Shown here: in pieces, positions 46,429-55,331 of the stretch
Position numbering within the stretch: position 1 is the first letter of the stretch
Layout of the letters: the number at the start of each line of letters is the position of its first letter
From: an uncultured Candidatus Saccharibacteria bacterium
Lineage (GTDB): Bacteria; Patescibacteriota; Andersenbacteria; UBA10190
Assembly: GCA_964359735.1 (NCBI GenBank)
Contig: CAYHTZ010000001.1
Span: 1,457 to 65,456 of the forward strand
Direction: 5' to 3'
DNA length: 64,000 nt
Notes under the pieces: model-generated
The model's database searches: none
What the model was told of the DNA's origin: nothing
The model's input: the letters and a program-made list of their open reading frames with translations, nothing else
Position numbers and translations under genes: made by a program

Positions 46429-46788
46429 ATGACCGATACCGAACCCGTCATTCGTCCGGAGGATTTTAGTGGCACGCTAGAAAATTACTTGAGACGGAAA
46501 TTTGGCCTTCCCACCACTGAAGACAGCCAAGAGTCAGACATCCGGATCAGACTTGGTCCCTTCCCCAAGGAAGGAGCACCCACCGAGGAAGAAGTTGCCG
46601 AACACATCAAGCGATACTACGCGCAACCCAGTGCCCCCGGCGGTCCTTACGAATTTCGTTTGCAGAGGGGGACAGGCCTCATTTACAAGGCAGGAGACGG
46701 CAAGCCCGTGAGTATAGCTATTACTGTACTGAGTCAATCACCCAACGAAGTAGTAGTGCAAATTACGATCGTCAAAAAGCAAGATTGA
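46429..46788 (+). CDS. Hypothetical protein
   Basis: ORF fills the gap, 12 nt after the previous stop. Confidence 0.55.
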   Translation: MTDTEPVIRPEDFSGTLENYLRRKFGLPTTEDSQESDIRIRLGPFPKEGAPTEEEVAEHIKRYYAQPSAPGGPYEFRLQRGTGLIYKAGDGKPVSIAITVLSQSPNEVVVQITIVKKQD

Positions 46789-46791
46789 ATC

Positions 46792-47547
46792 TTACCCCTC
46801 CTGCACAGCTCTCTTGCGCAATACAACCGGGTGACCGTGTAACTCGACGAGCGTTTCAAATCGCCGCTGTTCGGACTTAATATCCTCTTCTACCACATAA
46901 TCAATGAGTTGCTGGTCGAGAAAAATAACACTACCGTCCCTTTGGTCTCGGGACTCCACGGAATTTCCTGCTCCCATTATCAGCTGCCCAGGAGAACACA
47001 CTCGCATCATTTCCCGCGCCACGGCCCGAGCTTTCTCCTCACCAAGCACCACTCCAAAAACTGCTACCGAACGCGGCGCCAAAGCCTGATCTTCTCCATC
47101 AGGCATCCGCTGAAGAGCATCTAACACATCAGCGCGGACATTGATGTCGGGACCGTGGACAGAATACGGCACGCCTTGACTAGTCTCCTGGTTGGCCCTG
47201 GCAACTACATTAATGTTCACATGATGCTGTACTTGAACACCTACCCGCTCACGAAGTAACGCTGGGAAGGAACCTGTGCCTCCAACTTCAACAAGTACTC
47301 CCGTCGGAAAAGACTCAGCCATAACATCCTTCATTGTGTGGTCCCCAACTGTGAGCAAATGCGCTTGATGCAAAAACCCATGGTATCCTCCTGGTCTAGT
47401 GTTCACACCCAGCATGCTTGGTTCTTGCCGGATCAAGTGCTCGTCCACTCTCCTACCATCTGGGTGAGTCGGCGGCTGCCGGCTAAAAAGCGCTTCTACG
47501 TTTAAAGGTTGCGGCCTGGGCTCATGACCATTAAGTCCCTGAGACAT
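46792..47547 (-). CDS. Hypothetical protein (possibly a degenerate methyltransferase fold)
   Basis: 251-aa ORF with LVEVGGTG; TAATGT 6 nt before ATG. Confidence 0.55.
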   Translation of the reverse strand: MSQGLNGHEPRPQPLNVEALFSRQPPTHPDGRRVDEHLIRQEPSMLGVNTRPGGYHGFLHQAHLLTVGDHTMKDVMAESFPTGVLVEVGGTGSFPALLRERVGVQVQHHVNINVVARANQETSQGVPYSVHGPDINVRADVLDALQRMPDGEDQALAPRSVAVFGVVLGEEKARAVAREMMRVCSPGQLIMGAGNSVESRDQRDGSVIFLDQQLIDYVVEEDIKSEQRRFETLVELHGHPVVLRKRAVQEG

Positions 47548-47562
47548 ACCTTCACATTATGC

Positions 47563-49362
47563 CTACCTCTTCAACACCTCAATGTAGGCGCTGGGGGGAA
47601 TGTCAACCCGGCCCTTCGAGGCCAGTTTCTTCTTGCCCTTCTTTTGCTTGGCCAAAAGTTTCTTTTTGCGGGTGACATCACCCCCATACAAATAGCCAGT
47701 GACATCTTTGCGCATGGCGGCCAACGTCTCGCGCGCCACCACTTTACCCCCGACGGCGGCTTGAATGGGGACCGCAAAGAGTTGCTTCGGGATCACTATC
47801 TTTAATTTCTCAGTCATTCGGCGCCCTATTCGCTCGGCTTTCGTGCGAGGGGTGATTACCGACAGCGCCTCCACCGGCTCAAAATTAATTAGTATTGAAA
47901 GCTTGACTACGTCCGTGAGACGCCAATCGGTTACTTCGTAACTCATTGACCCATACCCGGCCGTAGCCGATTTAAGCTGGTCGTACAGATCCACCACCAG
48001 CTCCCTGAGTGGCAAGCTGTAGCGCAACACCACGCGCTCCTTGCCTAAAAATTCCTGGTGCTCCAGTGCTCCTTCACGGTCCTTCATAATTTCAAACACC
48101 GCGCCTATGTATTCCTTCGGTACAATTACCTCCACACGCGCCAACTGTTCCTCCACTTGCTCAATCTGCCCGGCATCGGGAAATTGATCAGGTGTTTTCA
48201 CGAGAATAATCTCCCCACCCCTCACTTTCACCCGGTACATCACGCTCGGCGTGGTCACCACTACATCTAAGTTGTGCTCGCGCTTCAAGCGCTCCTGAAT
48301 AATTTCCAGGTGCAACATGCCTAAGAAGCCGCAACGGAATCCTTGCCCCAGAGCTTGGCTTCGCTCTTGCTGTGCGGCTAGGCTCGCGTCGTTTAACTGC
48401 AATTTCGCGATTGCCTCCCTCAGCAAATGAAAATCATCGCCCTGCGCCGGATATATCCCGGCAAACACCTTGGGTTGAGGAATAGTAAACCCGGCGAGCG
48501 GCTCGGCCTTAACGTCAGAGGCTATAGTATCCCCCACCCGCGCTTGCCGGATATCTTTTAAGCCCGTCGCAACATACCCTATCTCCCCCGGACCAATGCC
48601 CTCCGACGCCATCAGCTGCGGCTTAAAAAAGCCCACTTCTACCACTCGGTCACTGGCATCTGTGCTCAGAAAGCGCACTGTATCCCCCCGCGCCACGTTG
48701 CCTTCCATCACCCGCACGTACGCCACCACTCCTTTGTAATCGTCGTAAATAGAATCGAAAATAAGCGCCCGCAGACCCTCTGACATGCGGGATAGAGGAG
48801 GCTTTACTCCTGCAACTACCGCATCCAAAACCTCCCGTACGCCTTCGCCCGTTTTCGCCGAAATTTTTAGAATTTCGTTCTCGCTCACACCGAGCAAGTT
48901 CACAAACTCTTGAGTAACGCCTTCGACATCCGCCGCCGGCAAGTCAATCTTATTAATCACCGGAATCACAGCTAGGTTCTGCTCCAAGGCCAAATACAAG
49001 TTTGCCAACGTTTGCGCCTGCACGCCCTGCGTGGCGTCCACCAGTAGAATGGCCCCCTCCACCGCCTGTAAGCTGCGGCTGACCTCGTACTGGAAATCGA
49101 CATGACCGGGAGTATCAATCAGGTTCAAGACAAACGTCTTTTTACCCTGAGCGGAGTCGAAGGGCCACTCCATGCGCACAGGCTGCAGCTTAATGGTGAT
49201 TCCCTTCTCGCGCTCCAATTCCATCTGGTCCAACACTTGCTCGCGCATCTCGCGCTTCGAAATCGTTCCCGTCATCTCCAACATCCGATCCGCCAAGGTT
49301 GATTTCCCATGGTCAATGTGAGCGATTATGGAAAAGTTACGAATATTTTCTGTCTGAACCAT
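47563..49362 (-). CDS. lepA: Elongation factor 4
   Basis: IRNFSIIAHIDHGKSTLADR, DTPGHVDF, GFLGMLHLEI, YGGDVTRKKKLL. Confidence 0.98.
   Translation of the reverse strand: MVQTENIRNFSIIAHIDHGKSTLADRMLEMTGTISKREMREQVLDQMELEREKGITIKLQPVRMEWPFDSAQGKKTFVLNLIDTPGHVDFQYEVSRSLQAVEGAILLVDATQGVQAQTLANLYLALEQNLAVIPVINKIDLPAADVEGVTQEFVNLLGVSENEILKISAKTGEGVREVLDAVVAGVKPPLSRMSEGLRALIFDSIYDDYKGVVAYVRVMEGNVARGDTVRFLSTDASDRVVEVGFFKPQLMASEGIGPGEIGYVATGLKDIRQARVGDTIASDVKAEPLAGFTIPQPKVFAGIYPAQGDDFHLLREAIAKLQLNDASLAAQQERSQALGQGFRCGFLGMLHLEIIQERLKREHNLDVVVTTPSVMYRVKVRGGEIILVKTPDQFPDAGQIEQVEEQLARVEVIVPKEYIGAVFEIMKDREGALEHQEFLGKERVVLRYSLPLRELVVDLYDQLKSATAGYGSMSYEVTDWRLTDVVKLSILINFEPVEALSVITPRTKAERIGRRMTEKLKIVIPKQLFAVPIQAAVGGKVVARETLAAMRKDVTGYLYGGDVTRKKKLLAKQKKGKKKLASKGRVDIPPSAYIEVLKR
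49145..49164 (-). repeat. Family B element in lepA (PFDSAQG)
   Basis: CCCTTCGACTCCGCTCAGGG. Confidence 0.8.
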
Positions 49363-49419
49363 GGCCAGACAATATCACTTCCGCCCACGTTCCGTCCACG
49401 CAAATGACACCGCTCGGCT

Positions 49420-49446
49420 TATCACGATATTTCGTAATATCGTATT
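49420..49446. promoter_or_regulatory. Imperfect palindrome downstream of the second TrpR-like gene and upstream of lepA
   Basis: TATCACGATATTTCGTAATATCGT; 20/21 inverted match to 49905-49925. Confidence 0.7.
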
Positions 49447-49458
49447 GCATCTCCAGGT

Positions 49459-49890
49459 TCAGTGGCCGAGCATCAGACTCACCAATAAAAAATGCAGCGG
49501 GTAACGGCGGCGTAAACTGTCAAAGGACCCCAATGTATCACCGTATCGGCGGCGAAATTCTTTCTTTTTAGTCTTAGGATCCTTCCGGAAAGTAGCCAGA
49601 ATCTGGGGATAATTATCCAAGGACTTACGTAACCACCGATCAACAGATTCAATGGTCGAAAATCCTACTCCCAGTTTGAAGCGAATATCAAAATAGGACT
49701 TTTCCTCAAGCAACATTTTCGCAATCTGCCAACGCCGGCCAACCATCGCCAACTCGCTTGGCGTGAGAAGCTGCTCAAGAAATCGTCGCACATCTTCTGT
49801 GCTCTCAAGTTTTCGAATGGACATTGCCATCTCGCGAAGCAGGTTGTCTCGCTGTACTTTCTCCAATTTCCGATAATCAAACCTTGCCAC
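49459..49890 (-). CDS. YerC/YecD-like TrpR-family HTH protein (paralogue of 40713)
   Basis: LLTPSELAMVGRRWQIAKMLL..KSYFDIRFKLGVGFSTI; shared C-terminal GSF..LRR..P.HFLL motif. Confidence 0.85.
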   Translation of the reverse strand: MARFDYRKLEKVQRDNLLREMAMSIRKLESTEDVRRFLEQLLTPSELAMVGRRWQIAKMLLEEKSYFDIRFKLGVGFSTIESVDRWLRKSLDNYPQILATFRKDPKTKKKEFRRRYGDTLGSFDSLRRRYPLHFLLVSLMLGH

Positions 49891-49898
49891 CTAGGAAT

Positions 49899-49925
49899 AT
49901 TACCATATTACGTAATATCGTGATA
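49899..49925. promoter_or_regulatory. Operator-like palindrome at the promoter of the second TrpR-like gene
   Basis: ATTACCATATTAC|GTAATATCGTGAT; overlaps the minus-strand TAATAT located 6 nt before GTG. Confidence 0.7.
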
Positions 49926-49964
49926 GAACAAATACCAGAGTTAACAATTGTGGATAGGCAATAC

Positions 49965-51578
49965 TTACTCCAGCAACCCGCCGAAGCGCGTGGTTTCGGT
50001 AGCCGCCAGCGGCAGGAAGCGCCGCGGAATGTAACGCCTCAGCGCCTGCAATTCTTCACACCGTAAAATCCAGCACATGAAAATATAGACCCCGACTCCC
50101 GCCCCACCCGCCACCACCAGCTGAGTAGCCACCCCCCAGAACCGCTGCATATCCACCACCGCCGCAATCGGATACTTAAGGAATTGGACGACTCCACCCG
50201 CCACCAGTGCAGCCAACACCATCCGCGCTCCGCTGCGTAGTAAATCCCGCCCATCAAAGCCATGGAGTTGCCCGCGCAAGGTCAGGATGAGGAGGAGGAG
50301 ATTCAGGACTGCGGCTGCAGAAAACGCTAACGCCAACCCCTGCACTCCCATAATGGGAGCCAAGTACACCGCCAAAAAAACGTTGACCGCAATGCTCGCT
50401 GAGGAAATAAGAACCGGGGTCATCGTGTTCTGCCGCACGTAAAACGCCCTGGTGAGAAGCGGAATCGTAGCCTGCGCAAAGATGCTCAAGGTTAACCACC
50501 CGAACGTTTCGAAAGTAAGAATGGTGTCTTCCCAGTCGAAAGCGCCGTCTCCAAAGAGAACACGAATGATTTGGGCACGCAGTAAAAAGAAAAAAACCGA
50601 GAGGGGAATAACGAAGAAGAGAATATAACGAAACGTCTGCGTGAGCGTATGCAAAAACTGGCGATGCTCCCTTCTGGCCTCATGTTCCGCCAAAGTAGGA
50701 AAAGCCGCTTGGGCAAAGGCCAAGCCAAAAATGGCTACCGGGAGAGTTTGGACGTTGTTAGCCAGGTGAAATGCGCTAATGCTCCCTGCCAGCAGCGTTG
50801 AGCCGATGATAGTCACAATCAGAAGGTTAATTTGCTGAGCCGCTAAACCAAAAACACGCGGCACCAACATACGCCAGAGCGCCGTGAGATCCTTGCTTCC
50901 CCAACGGATGTCGGATCGCCAACGAAAGCCAGATCTCCATACGCTCGGGAACTGTACCAGCATATGCAAGAACGCTCCGAGCACCACCCCCCACCCCAAC
51001 CCCGTCACGCCCATCATCGGAACCAGAGCGAGCACGCCAAAAATAATTCCCACGTTGTACAAAATGGGAGCGAGCGCATACATCACAAATTTTTTGAAAG
51101 AGTTTAAGATCCCAGAGAACACAAAACTGATCGAGAGAAGAATCGGCTGCCAGGCCATGATGCGCGAGAGCAAAATGGTAAGTTCCAGTTTCTCGCCGGT
51201 GAAACCAGGAGTGATCAGCGGCACAATCCTGTCCGCCAGCAGCGCATACGCCGCCATACAGGCAGCCACGATCAGAAGGACGGCATTCAGAACAGCTAGT
51301 GCGAAATCAAACGCCCGCTTCTTGCCTTCCTTCCCCTGAACCAATTTATCCGTAAAAAGCGGAATAAAGGTGGCGGACAGCGCACCTACCACTACCAAGT
51401 TAAATACGAGGTCGGGAATACGAAAAGCGGCCACAAATGCGTCGAACGTATCCCCCGCGCCAAACGTAGTCGTAAAGACACGCTGCCGCACGAGCCCAAC
51501 CAGTGCGCTGGCCAGCGAGGAAGCGCCCAAAACGAGAGCTGCACCTACCACCGAACCATTCTTCGTGGACTCTGACAT
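49965..51578 (-). CDS. murJ: Lipid II flippase
   Basis: FGAG..DAFVAAFRIPD, GALSATFIP, RAFY; many TM helices. Confidence 0.93.
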   Translation of the reverse strand: MSESTKNGSVVGAALVLGASSLASALVGLVRQRVFTTTFGAGDTFDAFVAAFRIPDLVFNLVVVGALSATFIPLFTDKLVQGKEGKKRAFDFALAVLNAVLLIVAACMAAYALLADRIVPLITPGFTGEKLELTILLSRIMAWQPILLSISFVFSGILNSFKKFVMYALAPILYNVGIIFGVLALVPMMGVTGLGWGVVLGAFLHMLVQFPSVWRSGFRWRSDIRWGSKDLTALWRMLVPRVFGLAAQQINLLIVTIIGSTLLAGSISAFHLANNVQTLPVAIFGLAFAQAAFPTLAEHEARREHRQFLHTLTQTFRYILFFVIPLSVFFFLLRAQIIRVLFGDGAFDWEDTILTFETFGWLTLSIFAQATIPLLTRAFYVRQNTMTPVLISSASIAVNVFLAVYLAPIMGVQGLALAFSAAAVLNLLLLILTLRGQLHGFDGRDLLRSGARMVLAALVAGGVVQFLKYPIAAVVDMQRFWGVATQLVVAGGAGVGVYIFMCWILRCEELQALRRYIPRRFLPLAATETTRFGGLLE

Positions 51579-51599
51579 GGGTCGATTGTAGCAGGCCGC

Positions 51600-54137
51600 C
51601 TACCGGCGCTCAAACACGGCACCTAAAACGAGATCTTGTGAGAGTTCTCCCCGAAAGACCAGTTCGCTCGCGCTCACTGGCGTAACACCATTTTCAGGAA
51701 TGTGCGTGATCATACGCATCTCTTCCGGCAACTGTAGCGCCACTCGCAGCGAGGTGCGCGCCTCTCCCGGCTGCTTCGCTATATACGTAGAGAGGCGTGA
51801 AGCTTCATCAATCATGCCGGGCATTGCGAGTCGGCCAGGTAACTGGTAGCGCAAAAACGTCTCGTTCGTTTGCCCAGGTGGAGTGATCACCCAATTCGCA
51901 AAAAAAGTATAGCCAGCTTCCCGGCCAACCATCGTTCCGCTCTTGTGGGCTACCTGTCCACGCTGCCACTCGGCAACATCGGCATCTACTGAAAGTGGTA
52001 TCCCCTCTTCTGCCTCAACTAATCGCGGCACCGTGGCCGCCGGCGAAAACCCCCGCGCTTCGATAAGCGTGGCTCCCGCTGGGACCAGAACTCGCTGATA
52101 AACAATGTTATCCTTCACCGCCGGGTCTTCTCCAGGTGAATACGGATAGTCTCCTTTCTCACTCGGTCCACGGTGGGTGCGCCGGACGGCGACTGTCGCC
52201 GCGGCAGTTCCATCGCTGTCCACCTCCAGGCGGTAATCAATTTCCTGTTCTATAAACTGATCGCTTTTATGGCCGCCAATATTCGCATTATTGACCATCA
52301 GGAAATGCGGCGCGTCAGGCGGTAGTTTTCCTCCCCACCCTAGCTCCACGACCTTCTTCTGTAATTCATCATCTCGAAAAAAGAGGAGTAAGTGCTTCTG
52401 GGCTAAGTTACGAGTTAACACCGAGAGCAGAGCGAGCGGTTCTGTCTCCTCGGCTTGAAAGAGACGATTGAGTAAAATAGGTGTCAAGTCAGCCAAAAAT
52501 TGCTTAGGCCGGTTAAGACTTCTGTCATACTCGTACGTTACTTCCCGCTGGGTAACTTCCGTAAAATTATCAGCGGTAACCACCACATCATAGCCAGGCA
52601 TGGAAATCGGGCCGGCCGCTCGGAGCAAATCCTGAATAACCTGGGGCGTGAGTAAAATTACGCCATCAACTGTTTGTCCCCCTTCCTTCTCGAAGAACTG
52701 AGCTGCCTTCGCGGCGCTCACGGCGTAATCGACAAACCAGTTAGAGTCGCGCAGATACCATCGATTGACAATGGGTGTGAGTGGATCAGGCGGAGCGATG
52801 AAATCCTTCAGCTGGCCGTCTCCTTCGTATACAGTCTTAACATCGATCTCCTCAACTACCCCTTGATCGATGCTAATGAGGCCCAAACTTCCGATAAAGC
52901 CTCCCACCGGCCGCAGTTCATGGTTATTCGCAAATAGTACAAGGTATTCTCGTTCCCGTTCATGCCCCAACAACGTCAGGAAACCATCCGCTTGTTCGTC
53001 AAACTGGGCCAGCAGCGTTCGAATCCGGGGCAGAGCTGCCGCAATTCCCTTTACATCAGTCTGAACCTCGGCCGGTAACAGGCTGCTTTGCACAACCGCA
53101 AATTCCTTTTCAGCATGGGCCAAGAGATCTTCAGCTTGCATAAACTCACTCCGCGCCTGCCGAGTGGCCGCTATCAGCGAATTACTCTCGCTTGAAGCCT
53201 CTTTATTAATCAGGACATCGGCGGAAAGAAGCGCCGCTAGCGCCCGTGAAACATGCTGCCCCGCCTGAGTAAGCGCCTCTCCCCCGGCGAGCAATGCTTC
53301 TCCAGAACGAACTGTGCCGGTGACATCTACGAGCTTAAGAGCATGCCGGGAAGTTGAGAGAGCACCTTCCAGCTCAGCCCTGGCGGAAGCAATAATCACT
53401 TCAGCGTCAGCAAAGGCAGTTTCACTGCGAGCAAAGTCGGCTTCCGCTAAAGCCGACCGTGCACTCGTAAGACGCGCTAACGCCTGTTGGGCCTGGTGCT
53501 CCACGCTTCGAAAAACTTTCCAGCCCTGCCCCGCACCCTGCAAGTTCCAGATCACGCCGGTCGCAAAAAGACAGCCCGCCAGCAGCAAGCTAAGATTGAG
53601 CGAGCCTATCGGGACTTTTTTTTTAGCCACCACGCGACGGGGGGTACCCTCTTCAACATGGGACCTCCCAAACAGCGCCATCGGCCAAACACTTATGTGA
53701 AATGGCAACCGTAGCGCACGTTTTGGCTCAGCAATCACTCTGGGAGAAGCCACGGCTGCCGGCTGTACCGAAGTAGCAGGCGCCCGAGGGAAATCATGTT
53801 GCGGCCACTGCCTGGCTCTGCCGCCACGATCCAAGGCACCTTTCATAATCGAACCCATGTAGGGGGGCGAGATCAAACGCAACTGCGGCCGGCTCCCGCG
53901 CTCTACCTCCCTCCGACGGCGCTCCGCTCGGGTCGCTGGCTCACCGACAATGCGCTGCGTATTGAGCGGCCGGCGGCGGAAGCCTTGCACCGCCAGCTGC
54001 TGCCTCGCGGACTTACGCAGCCTGGCCGGTAACTTCCACTGTATTTTCAAAACGTGTCGACTAGCTCGAGAACGCGAGGGCGGCCTGCCCCGCGCCGCGG
54101 CGCTCTGCGGAGTGGAGTAGGGAACCACATCAAGCAT
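51600..54137 (-). CDS. DUF4012 domain protein
   Basis: YLVLFANNHELRPVGGFIGS, RDSNW, NANIGGHKSD. Confidence 0.85.
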   Translation of the reverse strand: MLDVVPYSTPQSAAARGRPPSRSRASRHVLKIQWKLPARLRKSARQQLAVQGFRRRPLNTQRIVGEPATRAERRRREVERGSRPQLRLISPPYMGSIMKGALDRGGRARQWPQHDFPRAPATSVQPAAVASPRVIAEPKRALRLPFHISVWPMALFGRSHVEEGTPRRVVAKKKVPIGSLNLSLLLAGCLFATGVIWNLQGAGQGWKVFRSVEHQAQQALARLTSARSALAEADFARSETAFADAEVIIASARAELEGALSTSRHALKLVDVTGTVRSGEALLAGGEALTQAGQHVSRALAALLSADVLINKEASSESNSLIAATRQARSEFMQAEDLLAHAEKEFAVVQSSLLPAEVQTDVKGIAAALPRIRTLLAQFDEQADGFLTLLGHEREREYLVLFANNHELRPVGGFIGSLGLISIDQGVVEEIDVKTVYEGDGQLKDFIAPPDPLTPIVNRWYLRDSNWFVDYAVSAAKAAQFFEKEGGQTVDGVILLTPQVIQDLLRAAGPISMPGYDVVVTADNFTEVTQREVTYEYDRSLNRPKQFLADLTPILLNRLFQAEETEPLALLSVLTRNLAQKHLLLFFRDDELQKKVVELGWGGKLPPDAPHFLMVNNANIGGHKSDQFIEQEIDYRLEVDSDGTAAATVAVRRTHRGPSEKGDYPYSPGEDPAVKDNIVYQRVLVPAGATLIEARGFSPAATVPRLVEAEEGIPLSVDADVAEWQRGQVAHKSGTMVGREAGYTFFANWVITPPGQTNETFLRYQLPGRLAMPGMIDEASRLSTYIAKQPGEARTSLRVALQLPEEMRMITHIPENGVTPVSASELVFRGELSQDLVLGAVFERR

Positions 54138-54166
54138 AGCATTCAGTATATATCAGTTTTGAATTT

Positions 54167-54196
54167 CCTGCCCCGCGAAGCTTCAGCGAAGTGGGG
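54167..54196 (-). repeat. Family A element containing the stop codon of the upstream GT4 gene
   Basis: CCCCACTTCGC-TGA-AGCTTCGCGGGGCAGG. Confidence 0.88.
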
Positions 54197-55328
54197 TGCG
54201 TTCCGACTTTTGAGCCTTGGCATACACCTCAAGCGTGGCTCTGGCACAATCGTCCCAAGAAAACTGCTGCGCTCTCTCCTTGCCCTGTGCAATGAGCCTT
54301 TCTCTGACTGCTGAATCAGTGACAATGTGCTTGAGCGCCCGCACTATACCCGGCACGTACTCGGGGTTCACAAGCCGAGCCGCTCCCTCCATGATTTCCG
54401 CTGACCCAGCCACATTAGAGGTAATAACGGGCGCACCCGCCGCTGCTGCTTCCAGCGCGGGCAGCCCGAACCCCTCGTAGAGGCTGGGGAGTAAGAGGCA
54501 CACTGATTCAGCATACAACGCCGGCAAAAGCTCTTCCGGCACAAATCCAGGGAAAACAACGTGCTTTGTGATCCCGAAGCGCTGGACTAACTTCACCATA
54601 TTGATATACCGGGGCCGAGGCTTGCCAATTAAGACAAGTTTCAGCTGGGGCATGTGCTCGCGTACCTGAGAAAAAGCAGTCAAAAGGCGCGGCAAATTCT
54701 TGTGGCTCATCCAAACACCCACGTAGAGCACAAATGGATCGCGGGATCCTATCAGGGCGCGCACCTTTGCCTTATGGGTGGCGCTCACGGGCTGGAAAAA
54801 TTGCTCATCGACTCCCTCGTATATAACCGACGGCCGTGGGAGCTTGAGAGGTAAGCGCTCTAATTCCTCCCGCGTGGTTTTCGAAACGCAGATCACTGCT
54901 CGAGCGCGGACCACCGCCCGGGCAAATACCAATTCATACACAAATTGCTTAAGTAAGCTCTGTTGTATCTGTCCCGGAAAAAGAAACCGCGTGGCATCGT
55001 GGATTGTCACCACATATGGCTTACGAAATAACATAGGCACGTTGAAATGGGTAAAGTGAAAAAGATCAGCCTTCACCGCTTCTGCTTGCCTCCAAAAAAC
55101 AGTTTGTTCTTTAACCGAGTAGTATTCGCCTTCGACTGCCACGACCGAAAAGCGATCGTGCAATAAATGCTGCCGGCGAAAGGTTTCAAACTCGGCGCGG
55201 TCCGCGCGCGGCAGCAGCACCACATATTCGTGTCCTACCGGCGTCCGGCTTAGGCTCGCAAGCAGCGAGCGCGTATACCGCCCTAAGCCCGGCCAGCCAA
55301 ATGCCCGAGCATCAATAGCAACCTTCAT
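54183..55328 (-). CDS. GT4 glycosyltransferase (MtfB-like)
   Basis: AIDAR, TIHD, HKNL, EGFGLPALEA. Confidence 0.92.
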   Translation of the reverse strand: MKVAIDARAFGWPGLGRYTRSLLASLSRTPVGHEYVVLLPRADRAEFETFRRQHLLHDRFSVVAVEGEYYSVKEQTVFWRQAEAVKADLFHFTHFNVPMLFRKPYVVTIHDATRFLFPGQIQQSLLKQFVYELVFARAVVRARAVICVSKTTREELERLPLKLPRPSVIYEGVDEQFFQPVSATHKAKVRALIGSRDPFVLYVGVWMSHKNLPRLLTAFSQVREHMPQLKLVLIGKPRPRYINMVKLVQRFGITKHVVFPGFVPEELLPALYAESVCLLLPSLYEGFGLPALEAAAAGAPVITSNVAGSAEIMEGAARLVNPEYVPGIVRALKHIVTDSAVRERLIAQGKERAQQFSWDDCARATLEVYAKAQKSERTPLR

Positions 55329-55331
55329 TTC

